A DNA stretch of 64,000 nt from NCBI GenBank assembly GCA_963836185.1, contig CAWIIQ010000003.1, forward strand, positions 352,001-416,000, in the 5' to 3' direction. The notes under the pieces were generated by a model that saw nothing but the letters and a program-made list of their open reading frames with translations, was not told where the DNA came from and did no database searches. A program made the translations under genes and the position numbers. The stretch is from Candidatus Krumholzibacteriia bacterium (GTDB lineage Bacteria; Krumholzibacteriota; Krumholzibacteriia; Krumholzibacteriales; Krumholzibacteriaceae). Positions 21,033 through 29,474 of this stretch are shown here, one piece after another. The stretch's first letter is position 1; each line of letters begins with the position of its first letter.

Positions 21033-21719
21033 TCAGCGCTTGTTCCTGTGCCCGGTCATGATGCTCGCCGCGCTGTCGATAAACTCGCTCTTCGAGATAA
21101 GGAAGACCATGTCATCCTCCTCGAGGATCGTATTGCCCCTGGTGATCAAGAAGTCGTTAACCTCATCCCTGTAGATGCCCATGAGGACGCATTCATCCGG
21201 GAAATCCTTCATCTTTGTTATGTCGGCCACCGACCTTTTTATCACTGGGGATCCTTCCGGAACCTGGACGGCGTATATCTGCGCCTTCCCACCGCGAAGC
21301 GTGGTGATCTTCCTGACCTCGGGATTCTCGAGTTCCATCAGCATCTGGTTTATCACCAGGTCGATCGTCCTTATGAGGATGTTTACGCCGGCTAGCCGGT
21401 AGGCCTCCTCGTAGCTCTGCGTGATAAGCCTCGCTATGATCTTCGGTATTCCGAGGCTCTTCGAAAGAAGGGCGCAGGAGATGTTGTCCGCCTCCCGAGG
21501 GATAAGGCAGATAATCGCGTCGGCCTTATCGGCGCCTGCTTTCTTCAGCGTCTTGAGGGTCGTGGCGTTCCCGCATATCGTCATGGCGCCCGTCTCTGAA
21601 TAGAGCATCTCGCAGGTGGACGGGTCCACATCTATGACGACGACATCGTGTTTCTTGTTCACGAGGATCTTGGTAAGCTGGGTGCTGATCCTTCCAGCGC
21701 CGGCGATAATAATGTACAT
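21033..21719 (-). CDS. trkA: TrkA/KtrA-family K+ uptake regulatory (RCK) protein
   Basis: MYIIIAGAGR Rossmann start, HDVVVID, RCK-C domain. Follows trkH. Confidence 0.88.
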   Translation of the reverse strand: MYIIIAGAGRISTQLTKILVNKKHDVVVIDVDPSTCEMLYSETGAMTICGNATTLKTLKKAGADKADAIICLIPREADNISCALLSKSLGIPKIIARLITQSYEEAYRLAGVNILIRTIDLVINQMLMELENPEVRKITTLRGGKAQIYAVQVPEGSPVIKRSVADITKMKDFPDECVLMGIYRDEVNDFLITRGNTILEEDDMVFLISKSEFIDSAASIMTGHRNKR

Positions 21720-21736
21720 CTCTGGCTCTCCTTCCG

Positions 21737-23260
21737 TCAGTGCTGCCACGCGCGTCGGCTCAGCAGGAGCAGCGCGGGCAGGATCTCGAGTCTGCCGGCA
21801 AGCATGCCGAATATCCAGACGATCTTTATGACCGGGGACAGTCGTGGAAGCTCCGCGGTCGGGATGAAACATGGGCCTACGTTGTTGACGGCGCTGAACA
21901 TTCCGGAGACCGATTCGAGCCCTCCATAGCTTGAGAGAAGCGCAGTCACGATTCCTCCGGCGGCTAGCAGGGCTGCCCACACGAAGAACAGTCCCGTTAT
22001 CCTCTGTATCTCCTCACGCCTCACAGGTTCGCCGTCTACTACGATAGTTGATACCGATCCAAGCGGAGTCCTGAGCAGGAACAGCTCCCTTTTTATCACT
22101 CTCATGAGGATTGAGATCCTGAGGACTTTGAATCCTCCTCCGGTTGACCCGACACAGCCGCCGATGAACATCAGGACAAGGAATATTAGCCGGGATGAGG
22201 GCCCGAACCAGCCTGAGGCTATATCTCTGGTCGCGAAACCGGTAGTTGTCATGATTGAGACGACTTGAAAAGTCGTGTCGCGGAAGTTTTCCTCGAGCGT
22301 CTTCCAGAAGGCTGCGGAAGTGACCGGCATGACTGGGATCTGCCCGCTGCTGAAGTACCTCCATACCAGTATCAGGGCTATCGCTGAGCCTGATATACAC
22401 CAGAAATACCGCATCTCGACCCCGTTGAAGAGAGCTCGCACGTTTCCCATGAGTATGCGGTAATGGACGAGGAAGTTGATCCCGCCGAGAAGCATCCCGG
22501 CGATCAGCACGTACTCGATCGCCGCGTACCGGCCGTACCCCGTCAGTCTGTAATACTCTATGCTCGAGTCGTGTGGCGAATATCCACCCGTTGAAAGTGT
22601 AGTGAAGCTGTGACAGAGAGAATCGAAGGCCGGCATCCCCGACAGGACCAGCCCGGCGAATACCGCCAGCGTGAGGCCGAGATATATCAGCCAGAGTATC
22701 CTTATAGTGTTGAACAGGCCCGGCACCGGCCGGCCCATGTCTATCTTGTGGCTCTCGGCGCCGAAAAGGGTGTGAGCACCCAGTCCTTTGAGGCCGATTG
22801 CCAGGACGAATGCGAGGATGCCGATGCCCCCCAGCCATTGCGTGAAGCTCCTCCAGAAGAGTATGCTTGCCGGCATCGTGTCGAGCCCCGAGAGCATGGT
22901 GATGCCGGTCGTCGTGAATCCGCTCATCGTCTCGAAATACGCATCGATATAGCCTGTCCCGAGACCGATGACGAAAGGCAGGGCACCAATAGCTGAACAA
23001 CCCGTCCAGGCGATGCCGCATATGAGCATCGACCTGACCGTGTTGTTATTTCCCTCGCGGAATATCCTTTTCAGGGCGACGCCGAGGATTAAGGAGAGAG
23101 CTGAGGGAATGGCGAAGGCAAGAGTGGTCGTATATCCGTCACGGAACTCTCTGAACACAGCGACGCAGACGAGCGGGAGAAGTATGACCGCACCGAAGAA
23201 GATGAAGATACTGCCCGTGTAATTCAGGACGGTATGGACTGTATCAAACCTGTTCCTCAC
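21737..23260 (-). CDS. trkH: TrkH-family K+ uptake membrane protein
   Basis: FETMSGFTTTG, WRSFTQWLGG, STGG, GSTGGGFK, GRLEI. Confidence 0.93.
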   Translation of the reverse strand: MRNRFDTVHTVLNYTGSIFIFFGAVILLPLVCVAVFREFRDGYTTTLAFAIPSALSLILGVALKRIFREGNNNTVRSMLICGIAWTGCSAIGALPFVIGLGTGYIDAYFETMSGFTTTGITMLSGLDTMPASILFWRSFTQWLGGIGILAFVLAIGLKGLGAHTLFGAESHKIDMGRPVPGLFNTIRILWLIYLGLTLAVFAGLVLSGMPAFDSLCHSFTTLSTGGYSPHDSSIEYYRLTGYGRYAAIEYVLIAGMLLGGINFLVHYRILMGNVRALFNGVEMRYFWCISGSAIALILVWRYFSSGQIPVMPVTSAAFWKTLEENFRDTTFQVVSIMTTTGFATRDIASGWFGPSSRLIFLVLMFIGGCVGSTGGGFKVLRISILMRVIKRELFLLRTPLGSVSTIVVDGEPVRREEIQRITGLFFVWAALLAAGGIVTALLSSYGGLESVSGMFSAVNNVGPCFIPTAELPRLSPVIKIVWIFGMLAGRLEILPALLLLSRRAWQH

Positions 23261-23359
23261 GGGGCGTTCCTTCCAACCTGGTCAAGCATGCATAGAGCTA
23301 TCCGATATTGCAGCGTGAGTGCAAGCAAAATCTCATGGCGGGAGGGTTCGGGGGCGGTA

Positions 23360-25654
23360 TCATTCGCGGACGATATCATCCTGCATGAGGGGCACCTGCC
23401 AGGTCTTGAAGATCGCCGTAGACAGCGAGTCGACCTGTTCCCGATCGAAGAACCAGAGGGGGAAGCCGAAATGTACACTCGGAGCTGCGACACACCCCGG
23501 CGGAATCGCCTCGACCTCGGCGTACTTGGTATACCAGAATGCCACGGTCGACTGGTAGACCAGCGACCACGAGCTCATAGTCGTGGCACGGTACATGGGG
23601 TGGTAGCAGTCCTGTGAGGTTTTTCCGACGTAGCTCATGTAGTACTCGGGATCGTAATACTCGACATAGTGAAAGCCGCGTACAAAGGGATCGAAGAACA
23701 TGCCCGGATTTGTCGGCTTGTCCCAGAGCTCGAGCTTTTTCGGGAGCCATTCCATGCCGGCTATCAGGGGATCGGAGTCGTCGAGGTAGGCGTAGCGCAT
23801 CGCGTCGTAATCTAACCTTCTGACCCCGAGATATTGCTTGGGGAATATGCCTTCGGCCTTGTCGAGGGCCGATACGCAGAAATCCCTGTATGCCATTGTG
23901 TTTTCACCCGTTATGTTGCTGCAGTTGATGCTTGGCCCCCAGAACTCGCAGCGTATGTATAACGGGAATGCCTTGTCGTAGATGCAGGCGGCAAGAGCGC
24001 CGCTCCTGTGCCCCTCGCCGACGGTCCACAGGTGACCGCCGAAAGCGAGGTAGTAGGTGAGGAAGTTCAGGTTCAATACATCCGCCGTGCCTGATGGCGT
24101 ATAGTAGACGACACGGTTCCAGACACTTCCAGCTGCAGGATCGATCGCCCTCGAGAAGGACCAGATTATATTTTTGTACCTGAAGACCAGAGCCATCGGG
24201 GGCACGTAGTAGTCGTTGTCATGGACATCATATACATCTCTGACTGGATCGAAGTCCTTGACCTTGAGGCAGATATTTTCCCAGAACTCATCGTGCTCTG
24301 ACTCGGTCGGAAAGGCGTAGTTCGTCTGGGTGAAGTCGAGCGAAGGGAAGTCATCGACCCATAGCAGGTCCCTCGTCATCACGATAGGTATCACAGTTAT
24401 CTCGATCGTGCCGAGTGTCCTCGTGCCGAGGTTGTCCGCAGATTCGACGTAGAGCGTGTGGATGCCTGAATAGAATGTCTTTTTGCCAGCCGAAGTCGTA
24501 TAGGGACTGGGGAATACGTCCCAATCGGCCGGATCGCTGAGATTGGCTATATCCCATCCATATCTGAACGACTTGACGATTCCTCCATAGCTGCTCGCAT
24601 CGCCGGTCCAGGTCCAGTTCATCTCGAACCCTGGAGGTACCTGGACCTGCTCGGTACGGTAGTCGACGCCGAGATAAGAGAATGTACCGAGGTAAGGCTC
24701 GTTGATGCGAAGAAGCGGTCCTGTCGGCTGCATCGCCATGAAATGTCTTACGTTTGAGCTCTTCTCGAAGATCGACGATATCGCGCCAGCGTCGTCCTTC
24801 GCCTGAACTGCAAATATATACGATGTGTTCGTCTCGAGGAATTCGTCGTCTCCCAGTGTCGTCTGCTTGCCGGAGTCGCCGGGGGCGTTGTACGAGATCC
24901 AGTCGCTCCACATATACTCAAAATCTTCAGGCGAGTTGTTGAGCGCGGTGATGATGCCGTTATAGTAGAAGGTGTAGAGATACCTTATGGAATCGACCTC
25001 CTGGTAGTTCCACGGTGCGTCGATCGGGTCCTTGCCGTACCACTTGAAGGTCGATATCACGCTCAACATCTGCACCCCAACATCGAGATTGGTCGCGTAA
25101 GGATAGTTGATGAAGATCTGGGGAGCGAGTGTGAAGGCTGTGAACGACCTGTACGCGGTCTCCGAGACGGAGCCCCTGTCGTCGATTGCTTTGATGAAGA
25201 AGGTATGCATCTTCATGAACTTGCCGTAGAGGCTCTGGTTGATCTCGACATTCATGTCATAGTCGTCCGCCGAGACCGAGAAAACGCTGTCCGTCAACTC
25301 CGTGGTGATCCACGCTCCGACCGTGTCCTCCGGATCGAAGCCGATAGGGTCTCCCTCTACCATGCAGAATTCGTAGTGGTCGATCGTTCCGTCCTGGTCC
25401 TCGCCGAGCCAGAAGAAGTGGACGCTGTACTGGGTCGTATCACCCTCGAGAGGGCCGTTCGTGAGCTCGATCGTGGGGCGCTGGTTATCCTTGATCTCGC
25501 CCGTGTATACGTCAGACCCCGAGCAGCCTGCAAGCATGGCCGCCGCTGCTGCGAGGAGGGCGACGAGGCACAGATATCCCACGGCTATGAGGCGAGCGGG
25601 CCGCTCCCCGTGGTCCTTGTTCCTGGCGATATGTGCTTTCTGCTCATGTTTCAT
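23360..25654 (-). CDS. Uncharacterised large lipoprotein (Ig/FN3-like repeats plus C-terminal alpha/beta domain)
   Basis: 764-aa ORF with lipobox LAGC, repeated W.G.D.DG...HTF..KA.DD units and an LLWVDD...GGHLW domain. Confidence 0.7.
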   Translation of the reverse strand: MKHEQKAHIARNKDHGERPARLIAVGYLCLVALLAAAAAMLAGCSGSDVYTGEIKDNQRPTIELTNGPLEGDTTQYSVHFFWLGEDQDGTIDHYEFCMVEGDPIGFDPEDTVGAWITTELTDSVFSVSADDYDMNVEINQSLYGKFMKMHTFFIKAIDDRGSVSETAYRSFTAFTLAPQIFINYPYATNLDVGVQMLSVISTFKWYGKDPIDAPWNYQEVDSIRYLYTFYYNGIITALNNSPEDFEYMWSDWISYNAPGDSGKQTTLGDDEFLETNTSYIFAVQAKDDAGAISSIFEKSSNVRHFMAMQPTGPLLRINEPYLGTFSYLGVDYRTEQVQVPPGFEMNWTWTGDASSYGGIVKSFRYGWDIANLSDPADWDVFPSPYTTSAGKKTFYSGIHTLYVESADNLGTRTLGTIEITVIPIVMTRDLLWVDDFPSLDFTQTNYAFPTESEHDEFWENICLKVKDFDPVRDVYDVHDNDYYVPPMALVFRYKNIIWSFSRAIDPAAGSVWNRVVYYTPSGTADVLNLNFLTYYLAFGGHLWTVGEGHRSGALAACIYDKAFPLYIRCEFWGPSINCSNITGENTMAYRDFCVSALDKAEGIFPKQYLGVRRLDYDAMRYAYLDDSDPLIAGMEWLPKKLELWDKPTNPGMFFDPFVRGFHYVEYYDPEYYMSYVGKTSQDCYHPMYRATTMSSWSLVYQSTVAFWYTKYAEVEAIPPGCVAAPSVHFGFPLWFFDREQVDSLSTAIFKTWQVPLMQDDIVRE

Positions 25655-25664
25655 GTCAGATCCA

Positions 25665-28178
25665 TCATCTTATTATAACAAATTTTCCGATCGTCTTGGG
25701 AAATTCGCTGTTGTCAGGGTCCACCGCGAATATGTACACGCCGCTCGTCACGTTCTGACCGTTCCTCGATACGAGGTTCCACTCCGCAGTGCCGTCTCCG
25801 CTGCTGCCGTCGTGGTAGATGGTCTGGACGAGATCCGTGGCCACTGTATATATGCGGATAGTTGTGCGGCATTTCGGCAGGTTTCTGAACTCGCACTTCA
25901 GCCCCGTGACGTCCGCATTGTTCGGGTTGAGGCGCCAGGGCTCCATGGCATCGTCTGTTACCGGGTTGGGCACGACGTAGACTTCCTTGTCGACATAGCT
26001 CTCGCTGCTCTGTGCCTCAGATCTCGCGGTCGTGAACAGAAAATTCGATGACGGCGAATTGAAACGGCCAGGTTCATACGGGATGTCGTGAAGAAAGGTG
26101 TGGTCATATGAGGTGACAGAGTAGAAGTACGGCAATCCGTTCTTCGCTTCCTCGTCGACATACCTGTAGTACTGCCTGCCCCCCTGGTATCCGAGTTTCC
26201 ATCGTGCCATGCTCTCTAGAGTATCGCAGACCTCAGGTGTCAGTCCGGGAGGACACGGAATGGTGCCGAGCGGATAGTTCTCCACCAGGAGCTCGAAGCT
26301 GGCGATGTACCCTTCCCTGTCCTCGAGATCCTTGAGAGGCGAATAGATCCAGCCGCCTTCCGATTCGGGATACTCGAAGCCCCTGTCGGGGGCTACGCCG
26401 TTCAGGAGGTCCCCGGTATTCAGCAGGCTCCACAGCTCATGTTTCGGCCCCGTCATCTCTGTCGTTCCGGGAGGCCTGTGCCAGTCGTCGGCACGCCAGA
26501 TCTGATACCCCTCGAAGTCGACCACCAGTGAGATAGGGTCGGCGAGCAATTCGCTGAGATTATCCCAGTAGACTTCGACTGCCCCGCTTCTGGAGACGAG
26601 TCTCATGTTGGGGGTCGCCGGTGCCGTTCCTGTCACCCAGTGGAGCTGATGCTCCTTCCCGTTCACCCCGGTGGCGAATGTCATGCGGTCGGTGTCTGTC
26701 CTCCTGTAGCATGTCGTCGGCCAGGAATATCTTCTCATCTCGAGCCAGCAGTCGTTGTTAGACCAGATAGAGTCGCCTCTCTCTATTTTGAGCTTCTCCA
26801 CGATGCCGTCGCATGGATCGGGATCGAAATCCTTCAGTTCGCCGTATCGGATAGACTCTCTCCCATTAATACCGGTCTCGGGCTTTCCGTCGAGATCGTA
26901 CCAGGTCCCTTCCCATGACCGCTGTGCGGCGGCGGCATGGTCGAGCATATCATTGAGATTATCCCCGGCGACGAACGCGAAATCTATGAAAAAAGACCCG
27001 TCCGGCGAGAGATAGTAGAACGGGCCGCAGCTGAGCAGGATCCTGTAATCCGCCGCAGTCTCGGTGTCGGGGTCTGTCTGCCTCGTGGAAAGTACCTCGA
27101 ACCGTTCGTAATCATTGGTAGCGTCTCCTCCATGGATGAAGGGGGAGAGCCCCTTGAAGGTCCGGAAGGCGTTGAATAGTGTTGAGGGGAAATATGGAAG
27201 CCCGTTCCTGAAATTGGGATCTGTCGAGTGTCCGAGGAGCGCGATCCCGAAATATGAAGGCGTCCGTCCATCGTCGCCGTCGTTGTCATAGACATACGCC
27301 ACGTGTATCATGATAGGTATCTCCGAGGAGCCGATGTTCGCGCACCAGTCGCCCCTGAAAAACCCTACCTGGTCATCCATGTGGTAGCTTCCATATTCGC
27401 GAGGGCCCGCGTCCACGTCGGCGTAGATCCCGACGTAGAGGTTCGTCAGGAAGTTATTGCCGACATTTTCTATCGTGTACCTTAATCCGACATAATCCTG
27501 ATATTGGTCTTCGCCCCATTGAAACGATTCCTGGCGGACCCTGAGGCCGAGCGGCTCGTGGTTGGGCCATACGGTCTGGCTCATCGGCAGGTCGTCGAAG
27601 AACTGGCAGGTGAACATCTGCTTGCCGGTAGCGGCGAAGTCCTCGTCGATCCTTCCGTCTCCGTCATCATCGTAGCCGTTGAGAAAATCTTCATCGATAC
27701 GCCCGTCATCATCATCGTCAGCGTGTGCGGGCAGCTTACTGCCCCTCGGGTCTCCCTCGTACGATCTGTACAGGCCGTCTCTCGGATCTGAGTCGGGATA
27801 GAACTCCGTTTCGGGATATCCGGTCGTCACAAACGGGATGCCGTTCTTCTCCGCGCCGATCCAGAGGCCTGCCGCGTAGAGATACTCGATGCCCGAGCCG
27901 GAGGGGTACTGCGCCGAAGGGACATCGGCCATGGCGTAACGGCTCTTCGGCAGAGAGCCGACGAAGCCCCAGTTCGTTATGTTCATCTGGAGGCTGCCTA
28001 CATTGTGGACGAAAGAGCCGTCGAGCACAGGCGCCATTTCGAGAGGAGTCGTCTTTCCGAAAAGATCAGGATCCCTGAGGTCGGGATCTTCTGAAAGGAG
28101 GGTCGAAGAGACAGTCAGCAGCAGCGCGCACAGAAAAGCGCACCCGTACATATTAGACCATTTACGGCCCGAAAACAT
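25665..28178 (-). CDS. Uncharacterised secreted protein with Ca-binding DDDGDGRIDED repeats and a T9SS-like C-terminal domain
   Basis: Signal peptide, HNVG.L.MNITNWG and SAQYP.GSG.EYLY motifs, C-terminal VYVVPNP...SGVYIF...GKFVIIR. The start codon is uncertain. Confidence 0.7.
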   Translation of the reverse strand: MFSGRKWSNMYGCAFLCALLLTVSSTLLSEDPDLRDPDLFGKTTPLEMAPVLDGSFVHNVGSLQMNITNWGFVGSLPKSRYAMADVPSAQYPSGSGIEYLYAAGLWIGAEKNGIPFVTTGYPETEFYPDSDPRDGLYRSYEGDPRGSKLPAHADDDDDGRIDEDFLNGYDDDGDGRIDEDFAATGKQMFTCQFFDDLPMSQTVWPNHEPLGLRVRQESFQWGEDQYQDYVGLRYTIENVGNNFLTNLYVGIYADVDAGPREYGSYHMDDQVGFFRGDWCANIGSSEIPIMIHVAYVYDNDGDDGRTPSYFGIALLGHSTDPNFRNGLPYFPSTLFNAFRTFKGLSPFIHGGDATNDYERFEVLSTRQTDPDTETAADYRILLSCGPFYYLSPDGSFFIDFAFVAGDNLNDMLDHAAAAQRSWEGTWYDLDGKPETGINGRESIRYGELKDFDPDPCDGIVEKLKIERGDSIWSNNDCWLEMRRYSWPTTCYRRTDTDRMTFATGVNGKEHQLHWVTGTAPATPNMRLVSRSGAVEVYWDNLSELLADPISLVVDFEGYQIWRADDWHRPPGTTEMTGPKHELWSLLNTGDLLNGVAPDRGFEYPESEGGWIYSPLKDLEDREGYIASFELLVENYPLGTIPCPPGLTPEVCDTLESMARWKLGYQGGRQYYRYVDEEAKNGLPYFYSVTSYDHTFLHDIPYEPGRFNSPSSNFLFTTARSEAQSSESYVDKEVYVVPNPVTDDAMEPWRLNPNNADVTGLKCEFRNLPKCRTTIRIYTVATDLVQTIYHDGSSGDGTAEWNLVSRNGQNVTSGVYIFAVDPDNSEFPKTIGKFVIIR
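27641..27722 (-). repeat. Tandem acidic repeat DDDD(D/G)DGRIDEDF x2
   Basis: Translation reads DDDDDGRIDEDFLNGYDDDGDGRIDEDF. Confidence 0.6.
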
Positions 28179-28458
28179 AAATACCCCGTGGTCCGCGGAA
28201 ACCTGGCAGCAGGAACTGCCGGACGGGTCACCCCCGCCATATCCTTCTATACACAAATCTAACCCTTTTTGTTTCGCCGGACAGCTATTTTTTCTTTATA
28301 AATACAGAGGTTAGGTGGGTTTTGTGGTGGTTTTCCACTATTTGTACTCGACTCGGCCCTTGCCCCTGGAGGATAATTTCTTCCGTGAGGGAACAATACC
28401 GTTTCTCCGGCGTATTGAGATATTGCGGGGCGGCTGCTCGCCGGAAGGAATACTGACC

Positions 28459-29130
28459 ATGGCGGATCCCGGTCATACGGAGGTACTGAGCGACGGTGTC
28501 GCCGCGTGGAACGCGTGGCGCAAGGTCAGCGGCGACGTTCGTCCGGACCTCTCCGGATCCAACATAAAGATACTTGAGCTTTCCGGAATCGATCTCTCGG
28601 GGGCCGACCTGCGAGGAGTCATGCTTGCTGGAGCGGACCTCTCTGAAGCTGTCCTCAGCGGCGCCGATCTTTCAGGAGCAGACCTGATGGAAGTCGACCT
28701 CAGCGGTGCCGACCTCTCTGGTGCCGATCTCACCGGCGCCAATCTCATGGGCGCCGATCTCTCGGGCGCCGATCTCACCGGTGCGGGCCTCGACGGCGCT
28801 ATACTCTACCGAGCCGACCTCGAAGGATCCGAATGCGTCAGTCATCACCTCTGGCTCAACCAGCTTATCGTCTTTGCCGACGGTCTCGGATGTGTCGACG
28901 AGAAGGGCGAGGCATTCGTCTTCGATGATATGGAGGATTCGACGGTCGAGAGCAGCTTCATGTCGACGAAGATGTCCCGGCTGGAGGTCGAGCTTTCCGA
29001 TCCCATCCCCGCGCGAGCGATATACGAGATACTGGGAGCGCTCAACAGGCTGTTCGGCATGGTCGCGGATCACGATCTGCCCGGCCCGATAATCAGGATC
29101 GGCCCGTCCGGAGAGGGTGAGGAGGGATGA
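28459..29130 (+). CDS. Pentapeptide-repeat protein
   Basis: GVAAWNAWR N-cap followed by many A(D/N)L(S/T)G repeats. Confidence 0.85.
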   Translation: MADPGHTEVLSDGVAAWNAWRKVSGDVRPDLSGSNIKILELSGIDLSGADLRGVMLAGADLSEAVLSGADLSGADLMEVDLSGADLSGADLTGANLMGADLSGADLTGAGLDGAILYRADLEGSECVSHHLWLNQLIVFADGLGCVDEKGEAFVFDDMEDSTVESSFMSTKMSRLEVELSDPIPARAIYEILGALNRLFGMVADHDLPGPIIRIGPSGEGEEG

Positions 29131-29468
29131 ACAGGATATCGTTCAAGGGGTCTTCAGGCGTCATCGTAGATTTCGCGGAGAGGTTCCTCGAGATACATCC
29201 TGTCAGGATCGAGCCCTCCGCAGATGTTCGCGAGAGGTACGGGAGAGACCTTGAGAACCTCGCGAAGGCCGAGCGTGTAGAACTGAGGCACCTCGAGAAT
29301 GTCTTGGACTTTCTCTTCGAGCACGGCGTCGCGGATGATGAGCTCGAAGAACTCACATCGGGCCGCACGCGCGAACTCGCCGACCTGGCGAGGGACGCCG
29401 CCATCCTCGAACGCTACCTCGCTGACTGCACGATCATGGACGTCATGATCGTTGATGACAACGCCTGA
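29127..29468 (+). CDS. Hypothetical protein translationally coupled to the pentapeptide gene
   Basis: ATGA overlap, GGAGGG RBS, 113 aa acidic helical ORF. Confidence 0.65.
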   Translation: MNRISFKGSSGVIVDFAERFLEIHPVRIEPSADVRERYGRDLENLAKAERVELRHLENVLDFLFEHGVADDELEELTSGRTRELADLARDAAILERYLADCTIMDVMIVDDNA

Positions 29469-29474
29469 GCCGGC

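Noticed and set aside
28590-28820. 15-bp periodic DNA repeats as a possible CRISPR or VNTR
   Set aside because: They encode pentapeptide repeats, with no spacer structure or cas genes.
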